Shown piece by piece: positions 9,860 to 19,607 of a stretch of 55,515 bases of DNA. Position numbers and translations under genes: made by a program. The stretch's first letter is position 1; every line of letters begins with the position of its first letter. This DNA comes from Candidatus Magasanikiibacteriota bacterium (GTDB taxonomy: Bacteria; Patescibacteriota; Patescibacteriia; Magasanikbacterales; UBA922): positions 1 to 55,515 of the forward strand of contig JAAZJX010000002.1 of assembly GCA_012800155.1 (NCBI GenBank), read 5' to 3'. Under the pieces are notes generated by a model. It made no database searches. It worked only from the letters and a program-made list of their open reading frames with translations, and was not told the origin of the DNA.

Positions 9860-9888
9860 TTGACATAGTTTTAAGATTAATGTAAAAT
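9860..9888 (+). promoter_or_regulatory. sigma70 promoter for the infA-alpha operon
   Basis: TTGACA-17bp-TAAAAT. Confidence 0.7.
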
Positions 9889-9944
9889 GTCGCTAGGTTT
9901 ATCCACTCTAATCAAAATTGACAGTGGATTAAAATTACCTTGTC

Positions 9945-10163
9945 ATGTCAAAAAATACAGAAGTAGTGGAAGTCAGAGGAACAATTGAAGAATTGTTACC
10001 CGGTGCCACTTTTCGTTTAAAATTAGAAAACGACCATGAGATTATTGCTCATTTGTCTGGAAAAATGAGAATGAATAGAATCAGATTATCAGTCGGAGAT
10101 GAAGTCAAAGTTGAAATTACTCCTTACGATTTAACTAAAGGTCGGATTACTTACAGATTTTAA
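9945..10163 (+). CDS. infA: Translation initiation factor IF-1
   Basis: [29 protein letters not shown]...[11 protein letters not shown]. Confidence 0.98.
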   Translation: MSKNTEVVEVRGTIEELLPGATFRLKLENDHEIIAHLSGKMRMNRIRLSVGDEVKVEITPYDLTKGRITYRF

Positions 10164-10167
10164 AGAT

Positions 10168-10237
10168 TATCAACCAGTGCGGTGTAGTTGGACATTTGGT
10201 CTGACGTCGATATCGCGGCAGTGGTTGGTATTTTTTT
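10168..10237 (+). ncRNA. GC-rich extended stem-loop followed by a U-tract (structured RNA or attenuator)
   Basis: Nested helices TATCAACCA/TGGTTGGTA, GCGGTGT/ATATCGC and GTTGGAC/GTCTGAC. The many G-U pairs favour folding on the + strand. Confidence 0.55.
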
Positions 10238-10261
10238 ACACTATAAAATAAATTGATAAAT

Positions 10262-10399
10262 ATGAAAGTTAGATCTTCTGCAAAAGTAAGATGTCCAAAA
10301 TGTAAAACCGTTAGACGAAGAGGTGTAGTTTATGTTATTTGTGAAGTACCAAAACATAAACAAAGACAAGGTACTAAGCAGAGAAAAAAAGTTGCTTAA
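10262..10399 (+). CDS. rpmJ: 50S ribosomal protein L36 (zinc-ribbon type, C-terminally extended)
   Basis: [45 protein letters not shown]. Too short for the ORF track. Confidence 0.96.
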   Translation: MKVRSSAKVRCPKCKTVRRRGVVYVICEVPKHKQRQGTKQRKKVA

Positions 10400-10413
10400 T
10401 TAATTATATTATT

Positions 10414-10800
10414 ATGAGAGTATCAGGCATAAATATTCCAAAAGAAAAACAAATTGAGACCGCCTTGACCTATGTGTATGGTATTGGTCTTACAACTTCC
10501 AAGAAAATTTTAGCATTGGCTAATGTTAATCCTACAACTAGAGTTAAAGATCTTACCACTGAACAAGAAGATTTGATTCGTAATATTGTTGAAAAACAAA
10601 ATAAGACTGAAGGTGATTTACGTCGTGAAGTAGCTAGTAATATTAAACGATTGAAAGATATTAAATGTTATCGTGGTATTAGACATACCAAGCGTTTGCC
10701 AGTTCGTGGACAAAGAACAAAGACTAATAATCGTACAATTCGTGGTAACAAAAGAAATTTAGCAACCAGTGGTAAAAAACCACCTGCTCAAAAGACTTAA
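10414..10800 (+). CDS. rpsM: 30S ribosomal protein S13
   Basis: [27 protein letters not shown]. Confidence 0.98.
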   Translation: MRVSGINIPKEKQIETALTYVYGIGLTTSKKILALANVNPTTRVKDLTTEQEDLIRNIVEKQNKTEGDLRREVASNIKRLKDIKCYRGIRHTKRLPVRGQRTKTNNRTIRGNKRNLATSGKKPPAQKT

Positions 10801-10834
10801 TTTTAATGTTAAAGAATTTTGAAGAATAATAAAT

Positions 10835-11233
10835 ATGGCTAAGCAAGTAAAGAAAAATATTTCTAAAAAGAAAAAAGTTACTCGTCAAGTTAGTCACGGT
10901 AGAGCTTATATTCAAGCAACTTTTAATAATACAATAGTTTCTGTTACTGATCAAAATGGTGATGTTTTAGGTTGGGCTAGCGCTGGTATGGCTGGTTTTA
11001 AAGGTCCAAAAAAAGCCACACCTTATGCTGCTGGACAAGTTGTTAAAAAAGTTTTAGAAGCTATTGAACCAGTTGGTATCAAAGAAGTTAATGTATATGT
11101 AAAAGGAATTGGTGGTGGTCGAGAAGGAGCAATTAGAGCTTTTAATTCTAATGGTGTTCAAGTATTATCCATTAAAGATGTTACTCCGATTCCACATAAT
11201 GGTTGTCGTCCACCAAAGAGACGCAGAGTTTAA
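10835..11233 (+). CDS. rpsK: 30S ribosomal protein S11
   Basis: ATFNNTIV, KKATPYAA, DVTPIPHNGCRPPKRRRV. Confidence 0.98.
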   Translation: MAKQVKKNISKKKKVTRQVSHGRAYIQATFNNTIVSVTDQNGDVLGWASAGMAGFKGPKKATPYAAGQVVKKVLEAIEPVGIKEVNVYVKGIGGGREGAIRAFNSNGVQVLSIKDVTPIPHNGCRPPKRRRV

Positions 11234-11244
11234 TTTTGAATATT

Positions 11245-11868
11245 ATGGGAAAATATATTGGTCCAAAAAATAAAATTGCAAGACGTTTCGGCGTTAATTT
11301 AGGTTTAAAAAGTGAAGCTACAAAAGTAGCTCGTCGTTTAGGACAAATGCCTGGTGTGCATGGTCCAAAGAAAAGAGCCAAAGGCGGTTCTTCTTATTCC
11401 AAACAATTAATTGAAAAACAAAAAGCAAAATTTATTTATGGTATTCGTGAAGCTCAGTTTAGTCGTTATGTAAAAGAAGCTAGTAGTATGAAAGGTGATT
11501 CTGGTGTTAATTTACAAACTATTTTAGAAACCAGATTAGATAATGTAATTTATCGTATGGGATTTGCTCTTACAAGAGCACAAGCCAGACAAATGGTCAA
11601 TCATGGTATGTTTACAGTTAATGGCAAAAATTTAAATATCCCTTCTCATATTGTGAAAGTAGGGGATGTAATTGCTGTTCGTGATAAAAAATTAAAAAAA
11701 TCTTTGTTCTTAGATCTTGAAGAAAAATTAACTAAAGTTCAATTACCAAGTTGGATTAGTGTTGATCCAAAAACTAAATCTGGAAAAATTTTAAATTTAC
11801 CAACTGAACAAGATTTTGATAAAATTTTTGATGTGAAACTCATTATTGAGTATTTCTCAACTCGTTAA
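11245..11868 (+). CDS. rpsD: 30S ribosomal protein S4
   Basis: MGKYIGPK.KIARR, EKQK, LETRLDNV.YR, ARQMVNHG. Start moved to ATG 11245. Confidence 0.97.
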   Translation: MGKYIGPKNKIARRFGVNLGLKSEATKVARRLGQMPGVHGPKKRAKGGSSYSKQLIEKQKAKFIYGIREAQFSRYVKEASSMKGDSGVNLQTILETRLDNVIYRMGFALTRAQARQMVNHGMFTVNGKNLNIPSHIVKVGDVIAVRDKKLKKSLFLDLEEKLTKVQLPSWISVDPKTKSGKILNLPTEQDFDKIFDVKLIIEYFSTR

Positions 11869-11905
11869 TTAGCCAAATTATTTGGCGCTAACATATAATA
11901 ATTAT

Positions 11906-12676
11906 ATGGAGGATATACTTTTACCGACTACAATTGAATTTACAGATGGTGAACAACCAAATATTGGAAAAGTGGTAATAACACCCTGTCAAAAAGGTTA
12001 TGGTACAACTTTGGGAAACGCGCTAAGAAGAGTTTTGTTATCATCCTTACCAGGAGCAGCTATTGAATCTGTAAAAATTGATGGTGTACAACATGAATTT
12101 TCAGCGATTGATGGTGTTCAAGAAGATGTTGTAGAAATAATTTTAAATTTAAAACAAGTAGCTGTTCGTTGTTTTTCAGATGAGCCTGTAGTTTTATCTC
12201 TTACCAAAAAAGGTAAAGGTGATATTACTGCTGCTGATTTTGAAAAAAATTCTGATATAGAAATTGTCAATCCAGATTTGAAAATTATGACTGTTACCGA
12301 TGCAAAGAAAGAAATTAATATGGAAGTTGTTATTGGAAAGGGTCGTGGTTATGTTCCAGTAGAAGAAAAAGATTCCAAAAATATGGATTTAGGAACAATT
12401 GTTATTGACTCACTCTATACACCAATTAGAGATATTGGTTATAATGTAGAATCTACTCGTGTGGGAGATGTAGTTGATTATGAAAAATTAGTTTTGAATA
12501 TTGAAACTAATGGCACAATTACTCCTAAAAAAGCTATTGAGCAGTCTACTAAAATTTTAATGGATCATTTTTCTTTAATTTTGGACATGGCTAGTGATAT
12601 GAGTCATACAGAAACAGAAGAAGTTATTGAAGAAAAACCAAAAAAGAGTACTAAGAAATCTAAAAAAGCTGAATAA
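11906..12676 (+). CDS. rpoA: RNA polymerase alpha subunit, N-terminal domain only
   Basis: GYGTTLGNALRRVLLSS, HEFS.IDGV.EDV, GRGYV. Ends shortly after the NTD. Start at ATG 11906. Confidence 0.96.
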   Translation: MEDILLPTTIEFTDGEQPNIGKVVITPCQKGYGTTLGNALRRVLLSSLPGAAIESVKIDGVQHEFSAIDGVQEDVVEIILNLKQVAVRCFSDEPVVLSLTKKGKGDITAADFEKNSDIEIVNPDLKIMTVTDAKKEINMEVVIGKGRGYVPVEEKDSKNMDLGTIVIDSLYTPIRDIGYNVESTRVGDVVDYEKLVLNIETNGTITPKKAIEQSTKILMDHFSLILDMASDMSHTETEEVIEEKPKKSTKKSKKAE

Positions 12677-12679
12677 TAT

Positions 12680-13030
12680 ATGCGTCATAAATGTCAAAAA
12701 GTAACTTTAGGAAGGGAAAAGTCTCCACGAGAAGCTTTGTTTCGAAATCAAGCAGAAAGTTTGATTCTTCATGGTAGTATTCGTACCACTGAAGCAAAAG
12801 CTAAAGCTTTGCGTAGTATTATTGAACCATTAATTACTAAAGCTAGAAAAAATACTTTAGCTGCTCGTCGTGAAGTGATGAAAGTTTTGTATACTGAAGA
12901 AGCAATTAAGAAATTGTTTACTGAAATTGCTCCCAAGTATAAAGATAGACAAGGTGGTTATACTAGAATAATTAAAATTGCTCCACGAGCAAATGATGCT
13001 GCTAAAATGGCGCGTATTGAATTTGTATAA
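12680..13030 (+). CDS. rplQ: 50S ribosomal protein L17
   Basis: MRH...LGR, I.TTEAKAK, R.GGYTRIIK...R..D.A.MA.IE. Confidence 0.97.
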   Translation: MRHKCQKVTLGREKSPREALFRNQAESLILHGSIRTTEAKAKALRSIIEPLITKARKNTLAARREVMKVLYTEEAIKKLFTEIAPKYKDRQGGYTRIIKIAPRANDAAKMARIEFV

Positions 13031-13031
13031 T

Positions 13032-13397
13032 ATGACTAAAAAAGAAATTATAAGAAAAAATATTGAAATTGATGCCACAGGCAAAGCTGTTGGTAGATTG
13101 GCTACTGAGATTGCAATTATTTTGCGTGGTAAAAATAAACCAGGTTTTGTTCCTCATATAGATAGTGGAGATTTTGTTACAGTTATCAATCCTGATAAAG
13201 TAAAATTTACTGGTAGAAAATTAGTTCAAAAAGATTATTATCATTATACTGGTTATCCAGGAGGAATAATTCGTACTCCAATGAAAAGAGTTTTTGATAA
13301 TAATCCCGCCGAAGTCATTCGTCGTGCAGTCATTGGTATGTTACCAAAAAATAGACTACGAGATGGTATGATGAAGCGGTTGACAATAAAAGTATAA
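13032..13397 (+). CDS. rplM: 50S ribosomal protein L13 (short form)
   Basis: IDA.G..VGRLAT.IA..LRGKNKP.F.PH.D.GD, HYTGYPGG, GMLPKN. Start at ATG 13032. Confidence 0.97.
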   Translation: MTKKEIIRKNIEIDATGKAVGRLATEIAIILRGKNKPGFVPHIDSGDFVTVINPDKVKFTGRKLVQKDYYHYTGYPGGIIRTPMKRVFDNNPAEVIRRAVIGMLPKNRLRDGMMKRLTIKV

Positions 13398-13401
13398 TTT
13401 T

Positions 13402-13809
13402 ATGGTAGTTAAAAAAGAAGACAATTCAATGGTTCGTACTGTTGGTAGACGCAAAACTGCTACAGCTCGTGTTCGTTTATCTCCTGGTAAAGGAATTATT
13501 ATAATTAATGACAAACCATTTACAGAATTTTTTCCAATTGAATTATGGAGTGATAAAGTAATTGCTCCTCTGAAGATTGTTAGTCGAGAAAAAGATTTTG
13601 ATATTTCAGTAAAGATTGTTGGTGGTGGTGTTAATTCTCAAGCTGAAGCTGTACGACATGGTATTGCTCGTGCTTTGATAAAATGGGATGAAACTTTAAG
13701 ACCAATTTTAAAAGCAGAAGGTTTTCTAACTCGTGATTCTAGAGGAAAAGAAAGAAAGAAATTCGGTTTACATAAAGCTCGTCGAGCTCATCAATGGAGA
13801 AAGCGTTAA
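13402..13809 (+). CDS. rpsI: 30S ribosomal protein S9
   Basis: GRRKTATARV, GGGVNSQAEAVRHGIARAL, ERKKFGL.KAR...QW.KR. Confidence 0.98.
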   Translation: MVVKKEDNSMVRTVGRRKTATARVRLSPGKGIIIINDKPFTEFFPIELWSDKVIAPLKIVSREKDFDISVKIVGGGVNSQAEAVRHGIARALIKWDETLRPILKAEGFLTRDSRGKERKKFGLHKARRAHQWRKR

Positions 13810-13818
13810 TACATATTC

Positions 13819-13845
13819 AAAAATCCACCGTTTGGTGGATTTTTT
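13819..13845 (+). terminator. Intrinsic terminator after rpsI
   Basis: AAAATCCACC-GTTT-GGTGGATTTTTT. Confidence 0.85.
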
Positions 13846-13885
13846 ATTTGTCTTTTCTTCATTTTTCAGGTAAAATAAGTGCATT

Positions 13886-15331
13886 ATGTCTCAGTCAGTT
13901 GCTAGAAATACTGCTTTTATCACTTTTGCTTCTATTGCGCAAAAAGTGATTTCTTTTGTTTATTTTACTTTGATTGCTCGCAATATTGGCGCTGAAAATA
14001 CTGGAAAATATATTTTTGCTTTATCTTTTACTACTATATTTGTAGTTTTTGTAGATTTAGGATTAAATCAAGTTTTAATTCGTGAAGGAGCTAAGAATAA
14101 AGAAAATTTACAAAAATATTTATCTTCAGTTTTGTTTATTAAATTATTTTTAGGTATATTTACTTATATCACAGCAGTAGTAACTATCAATTTAATGGGC
14201 TATCCAATTGAAACTAGACAGTTGGTATATTTATCAGCTGTAACGATGTTATTTGATTCTTTACATCTTAGTATTTATGGAGTATTACGAGCTTATGGAA
14301 ATTTGAAATATGAAGCTTGGGGGATTGTTATGACCCAAGCTCTAACATTAATTATGGGAACAATTTTTTTATATTTAAAATTTCCTTTAATTTTTTTGAT
14401 TTTAGCTTTTACTATTCCAAGTTTTATTAATGTTTGTTATGCAACTATCATTTTATTTATTAAATATCATATTAGTTTGCGTCTTAAATGGGATAAAGTT
14501 GTAATGAAATTTTTTTTGAAAATAACTATTCCTTTTGCTTTAGCGGCAATTTTTGCGCGAGTTTATTCTTATATTGATTCTATTTTATTATCAAAATTGA
14601 TGGGAGATAAAGAAGTTGGTTGGTATAGTATTCCTTATAAAATTACTTATGCCTTTCAATTTATTCCTTCGGCTTTAGTAGCAGTTCTTTATCCAAAGTT
14701 TAGTGAATATTTTGTTCAAGATAAAAATAAATCAGTTTATATTTTAGAAAGAGGAATAAAATATCTTTTAATTATTGTTTTTCCTATTGTTTTTGGTATA
14801 AGTATTTTGGCAAAAGATATTGTTTTATCTCTTTATACAAGTGAATATTTGAATTCAATTTTACCTTTAAAAATTTTATTAGTTGGATTAATTTTTTCAT
14901 TTATTAGTTTTCCTTTGGGTGCTTTTTTAAATGCTTGTAATAAACAGGTTTCTCAGACAGTAATTGTTTTTTTTATAATGTTAATAAACATAATTTCAAA
15001 TTTGATTTTAATTCCTAGATTGGGAGTAGTTGGAGCAGCTATTTCAGCGCTTATTGGTAATTTTTGTTTAGTATTATTTAGTTTATTTATTATTCCCAAA
15101 ATTGCCAAAATTTCTCATAGTTTTATTTTTAAAAGTTTAATTCAAATTTTATTAGCTACTTTGGTGATGAGTGTGGTAGTTTGGTATACTAATTTACATT
15201 TTCATTATTTAATAGCTGTTATTGTTGGCGGAGTAGTTTATATCTTAGCTTTATTTATTTTTCGAGTTATTACTAAAACACAACTTAAAGAAGTTTATTT
15301 ACTTATTAATAAAAAATCATCGTCAGCTTAA
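13886..15331 (+). CDS. Polysaccharide flippase (Wzx/MOP family)
   Basis: More than 12 TM helices; ARNT, DLGL...LIRE, D.ILL..L.G...VG.YS..Y, LN.ILIP..G..GAA. Confidence 0.9.
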   Translation: MSQSVARNTAFITFASIAQKVISFVYFTLIARNIGAENTGKYIFALSFTTIFVVFVDLGLNQVLIREGAKNKENLQKYLSSVLFIKLFLGIFTYITAVVTINLMGYPIETRQLVYLSAVTMLFDSLHLSIYGVLRAYGNLKYEAWGIVMTQALTLIMGTIFLYLKFPLIFLILAFTIPSFINVCYATIILFIKYHISLRLKWDKVVMKFFLKITIPFALAAIFARVYSYIDSILLSKLMGDKEVGWYSIPYKITYAFQFIPSALVAVLYPKFSEYFVQDKNKSVYILERGIKYLLIIVFPIVFGISILAKDIVLSLYTSEYLNSILPLKILLVGLIFSFISFPLGAFLNACNKQVSQTVIVFFIMLINIISNLILIPRLGVVGAAISALIGNFCLVLFSLFIIPKIAKISHSFIFKSLIQILLATLVMSVVVWYTNLHFHYLIAVIVGGVVYILALFIFRVITKTQLKEVYLLINKKSSSA

Positions 15332-15389
15332 GCGTAGCAAAGGATTTTATTTTACTTTGCTATACTTAAAATAACTATATTGTTACTAT

Positions 15390-16556
15390 ATGAAAAAAAC
15401 TTTAATTATTACTTTAGAATTTCCACCCCAAGTTGGAGGGATTGCTACTTATGTAGAACAACAGGCTATTCATTTAGATTTAACTAAAACTATAATTTTA
15501 GCACCAAAAAATATTCAGGCTAAAGAATGGGATAAACAACAAAAATATAAAATTTATCGCAAAAAATTTTTTTGGTTTTTATGGCCTCGTTGGTTTAGAT
15601 TGTTATGGCAAGTATTTTGGCTTTGTCGCAAAGAAAAAATTGAGATGATTTTAGTTCATCATGTTTTACCAGTTGGTTATATTGCTGTAATAATGAAAAA
15701 ATTAAAAAAAATTCCTTTTATTGTTTTTTCTCATGGTACAGATATTGTTTATGCAACCCGTTCTAAACATAAGATTAGATTATTAAAAAAAGTTATTCAG
15801 AAAAGCGAAAAAGTATTTTTTAATAGTCAATCATTGAGAAATAGATTTTTACGAGTAATACCAGAATTAGAATCAAAAACTGATATTATTTATCCTTGTC
15901 CAGATAAAGATTTTTTGATTGCTCCTGATAAAAATGATTTGGATTTATTGCGTGCCAAACTTGCTCTTGAAGGTAAAAAAGTTATGCTTACAGTTTCTAG
16001 AATTGATGAAGGTAAAGGTGTTACTCATATTACTAGATTGTTACCAGATATTTTAAAAAAAGAACCAAATTTAGTTTGGGTTTTAATTGGTGATGGACCT
16101 AAACGATCATTAATTATTAAGGAAATTCAAAAACACAATTTACAAAATGTAGTGCGTTATCTTGGTTCTATACCACATGATCAATTAAAAAATTATTATT
16201 ATTTGGCAGATATTTTTGTTTTATTATGTCATCCAGATGAAGGTAGAGAAGAAGGTTTAGGTTTAGTATTTTTGGAATCTGCAGCTTGTGGAATTCCTGC
16301 TGTAGCTGGAAGGAGTGGAGGAGTGGAAGAAGCTGTAGTTCATACTCAAACAGGTTTAGTAGTAGATGTTTATCAACAAATGACAGTAGTTAGCGCTATA
16401 ACAGAATTATTGGCAAATAATGATTATCGTCAAAAATTAGGTATTCATGCTCAAGAAAGAATTAAAGCAAATTTTAATTGGACAAATCAATTAAGCAAAC
16501 TAGATGAATTTTTGAATTTATCAGAAATAAATAATCAAATTGATCTGAAATTTTAA
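15390..16556 (+). CDS. Glycosyltransferase family 4
   Basis: FPPQVGGI, EGLGLVFLESAACGIP.V.GRSGGV.EAV. Confidence 0.93.
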   Translation: MKKTLIITLEFPPQVGGIATYVEQQAIHLDLTKTIILAPKNIQAKEWDKQQKYKIYRKKFFWFLWPRWFRLLWQVFWLCRKEKIEMILVHHVLPVGYIAVIMKKLKKIPFIVFSHGTDIVYATRSKHKIRLLKKVIQKSEKVFFNSQSLRNRFLRVIPELESKTDIIYPCPDKDFLIAPDKNDLDLLRAKLALEGKKVMLTVSRIDEGKGVTHITRLLPDILKKEPNLVWVLIGDGPKRSLIIKEIQKHNLQNVVRYLGSIPHDQLKNYYYLADIFVLLCHPDEGREEGLGLVFLESAACGIPAVAGRSGGVEEAVVHTQTGLVVDVYQQMTVVSAITELLANNDYRQKLGIHAQERIKANFNWTNQLSKLDEFLNLSEINNQIDLKF

Positions 16557-16558
16557 TT

Positions 16559-17197
16559 ATGATAAATAAATTAGTTAGTATTATTATTCCTGTTTATAAA
16601 CATGAGCGTGAGCTTGAATTAGCTTTAGTATCTATAAAAAATCAGACTTATAAAAATATAGAAATTATTATAGAAAGAGATGAAAAACATGAAGGCGCGC
16701 CAGTAATGAGAAATCGTGGATTTAAGAAAGCTAAAGGTGAATATATAATATTTTGGGATGCAGATATTGTAGCTAAATCAGAAATGATTGAAAAAATGGT
16801 TGATAAATTAAATCAAAATCTTGATAAAGATTTTGTATATTGTAATCATTATTTTGGATTTAAAAAAATACCAGCTAGAGAATTTAATCTTCAAACTTTA
16901 CAACAAAATAATTACATTCATTCTACTAGTTTAGTTCGTCGTGAAGCTGTGGTAAAATGGGATAAAAATTTACATCGTTTCCAAGATTGGGATTTTTGGT
17001 TGACTTTGTCAGAAAAAGGAAGTAAAGGAATTTGGCTTAATGAATATTTATTTAAAATAATTTCACATGGTACTATGAGTTCTTGGTTGCCAAGTTTTGC
17101 TTATAAAAAACCTTGGAAATGGCTTCCCGGTATAAGTAAAAAAGTAAAAAAATATGAAATTTCTAAACAAATTGTAAAAAATAAACATTCAATTTAA
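16559..17197 (+). CDS. Glycosyltransferase family 2
   Basis: VSIIIPVY, RNRG...AKGEYI.FWDAD, QDWDFWL. Confidence 0.92.
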   Translation: MINKLVSIIIPVYKHERELELALVSIKNQTYKNIEIIIERDEKHEGAPVMRNRGFKKAKGEYIIFWDADIVAKSEMIEKMVDKLNQNLDKDFVYCNHYFGFKKIPAREFNLQTLQQNNYIHSTSLVRREAVVKWDKNLHRFQDWDFWLTLSEKGSKGIWLNEYLFKIISHGTMSSWLPSFAYKKPWKWLPGISKKVKKYEISKQIVKNKHSI

Positions 17198-17229
17198 TTG
17201 AATGTTTAAAAGCTTTAAGAATTTTTAAT

Positions 17230-18660
17230 TTAATTATATTTATATTTTTTAATTATTACTAAAATAAAAACAAAATAAAGAATACCAAAACCTTGAAATA
17301 AAGCGGGAGTAGTAATATTGATTATAAATAAAGAAATAGCTCCAGCTAACAATCCTTGTAAAAAAGGATTTTTTGTTGACTGATTTTTAAAATAAGCTAA
17401 TTTAAATAAATAATAAAGAATAATTCCAATAGTACCAATAAAAATTGCAGTACCAATAAAACCTAGTTCAGCTATCATTTCCAAATAACCCCAATCAAAT
17501 TGAGTACGACTGACTGTCTCATGAGTTAAAGGATCTGGATAAGATACTGTTGTGGCTAATCCAGAACCAAAATAAGGATGTGTTTTAATAGTATTAAAAA
17601 TATCTGGTAGCATGGCCATTCGGATAGCTCCACTTAAATCAGCTTCTGGTGTTTTAATAGCGTTAATTTTTATTCCCCATAATTCTAATCCTAAAGAAGT
17701 AAATTGACTAGCTATTAAATTTAATGATAAAAAAATTGTGATTGTCAAAATACCAATAATAAACATGGTCTTAATCCAGGATTTAAAAGAGTTTTTGTAA
17801 ATTAAAATTAAAGAGCCAATCGCTAAAGCTAAAAAATAAATTCTAGAAAAATTTAAATTAAGAATAATTAACAAAGTAATTAACAAACTCCAAGCTAATT
17901 TATTTTTGGTATTTTGAATTAATTGAGCTGTTAAAATTAAAATTAAAGGAATAATAAAAAGTTGTTCTGGTAAAACTATTCTAAAAAAATTATTTCCTAA
18001 ATCAGTAATTTTTCCTGAAGCAATATTACGAAACCAGTGATAATAAAAATCTGGTAAATTTCCTAAATGACTGGAATAAATAATAAAACTTATAAGAGAA
18101 AAAATTGCTGTTCCAATAATAAAAGTTTTTATTAAATTTATGAAAAAATTTTTATTTATTTTATCTTCTTGCTCTAAAGCTGGTAAAAATAAAAGTAAAA
18201 AGAAATATAATATAGCATCTTGTAAAACTAATTTCAAACCATGTCCATGGATTATTCCTAATAAAATAGATAAAATAATTATTATTCCTGAAATACTTAA
18301 ACCAATTAAAATTGGTTTGGGTAATTTTATTTCTATTTTTTGTTTTTTTATTTTTTGAATTAACCAAGTTATAGCTAATATTCCCAAAAGCCAAGTACGA
18401 ATTATCAATCCTTGAAATTCTAGAAAATGTCCTGCGCCATTTAATAATAATTCTGTTATCAAGATTGTCCAAGCTTGAGTAAAATTTTTAAAAGCAATAA
18501 AACAAAACAAGATTATTAAAAAACAAGTGACAACTTGATTTGGAAGTGGATGGTGGTAAGTAATTAAAGAAAAAATTCTTATTAAAAAATAAACCCCTAA
18601 TAGCCAAATAGCGGGTTTTTGTATGAAAAATAATTTAAGCTTATTAAATAAATTTTGCAT
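17230..18660 (-). CDS. O-antigen ligase/Wzy-like membrane protein
   Basis: Multi-TM; LNFSR, IR......I..HPYFG.G, YLEMIAELG.IG. Confidence 0.78.
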   Translation of the reverse strand: MQNLFNKLKLFFIQKPAIWLLGVYFLIRIFSLITYHHPLPNQVVTCFLIILFCFIAFKNFTQAWTILITELLLNGAGHFLEFQGLIIRTWLLGILAITWLIQKIKKQKIEIKLPKPILIGLSISGIIIILSILLGIIHGHGLKLVLQDAILYFFLLLFLPALEQEDKINKNFFINLIKTFIIGTAIFSLISFIIYSSHLGNLPDFYYHWFRNIASGKITDLGNNFFRIVLPEQLFIIPLILILTAQLIQNTKNKLAWSLLITLLIILNLNFSRIYFLALAIGSLILIYKNSFKSWIKTMFIIGILTITIFLSLNLIASQFTSLGLELWGIKINAIKTPEADLSGAIRMAMLPDIFNTIKTHPYFGSGLATTVSYPDPLTHETVSRTQFDWGYLEMIAELGFIGTAIFIGTIGIILYYLFKLAYFKNQSTKNPFLQGLLAGAISLFIINITTPALFQGFGILYFVFILVIIKKYKYN

Positions 18661-18667
18661 AATTAAT

Positions 18668-19603
18668 TTATTTGTTTTTTATAAAACCATTGATAAAATT
18701 TTGAGCACTCATTGGTTTATTACCTTCAAGTTGCAATTCTAAAATTTCTATTGATTCATTATTTCCACAGCCAATAAACAATTTATTATTTTCAATTTTT
18801 ATTTTTTTATTTTCTAGTTGTTGTTTTGATGGTTTTATTTTTAATAATTTTATTCTTTTGTTTTTTGGTAAATTAGATTTTAATTCATCGGTCATCGTCC
18901 AAATTCCTGGCCAAGGTGTTAGACCTCGATATTGATTATAAATTGTTTGAGCAGATAAAAACCAATTTATTTTACCATCAGTTCGATTAAATTCTCGACA
19001 AAAAGTAGCTTGAGCATTATTTTGAGTTTGAGGTTTTAATTTACCTTCAATATAAGGAAAAATAGCCTCAGAAAGGCTTAAAATTGCGATTTGAGAGAGT
19101 TTTTGTTCTAAATCAAGGAAAGTATCATCTGGTTCTATGGGAAGGCTTTTTTGTAAAATAATTGGTCCAGTATCTAAACCTTTATCCATTTTCATAATAG
19201 TAATACCAGTTTTAGTTTCATTGTTTAATAAAGCTGATTGAATAGGTGAAGCGCCTCGATATTTTGGCAATAGGGAAGTGTGGACATTTAGAATACCAAA
19301 TTTTGGTGTGTCTAAAATATGTTGTGGAATAAGTAGACCATATTGAGCACAAATACCTAAATCAAAAGTTCCTAAAGTTTTTAAAGCAAAAGTTTTAAGT
19401 GAAGTTGGTTGTAGTATTTTTAAATTATATTTTTCTGCTAAAATTTTTACAGGTGGGGGAGTTATTATTTTTTTTCTTCCACTTGGTTTATCTGGTTGAG
19501 TAATTACCAAATCAATAGAAAGTTGAGGATTATCAATTAGACTTTGTAATATTTTGACTGCAAAATCATGAGTACCAAAAAAAATTGTAGATATTTTATT
19601 CAT
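18668..19603 (-). CDS. fmt: Methionyl-tRNA formyltransferase
   Basis: FFGT.DFA, ITQPDKP.GR, NVHTSLLPKYRGASPIQ, GLDTGPI. Start set at ATG 19603. Confidence 0.96.
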   Translation of the reverse strand: MNKISTIFFGTHDFAVKILQSLIDNPQLSIDLVITQPDKPSGRKKIITPPPVKILAEKYNLKILQPTSLKTFALKTLGTFDLGICAQYGLLIPQHILDTPKFGILNVHTSLLPKYRGASPIQSALLNNETKTGITIMKMDKGLDTGPIILQKSLPIEPDDTFLDLEQKLSQIAILSLSEAIFPYIEGKLKPQTQNNAQATFCREFNRTDGKINWFLSAQTIYNQYRGLTPWPGIWTMTDELKSNLPKNKRIKLLKIKPSKQQLENKKIKIENNKLFIGCGNNESIEILELQLEGNKPMSAQNFINGFIKNK

Positions 19604-19607
19604 TTCA

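Noticed and set aside
9507..9944. Replication origin
   Set aside because: Only one perfect DnaA box, no dnaA or dnaN nearby, and a dif-like site about 25 kb away argues for the terminus region.
10168..10237. SRP (4.5S) RNA or tRNA identity for the hairpin
   Set aside because: No GGAA tetraloop or SRP internal-loop motif, and no cloverleaf on either strand.
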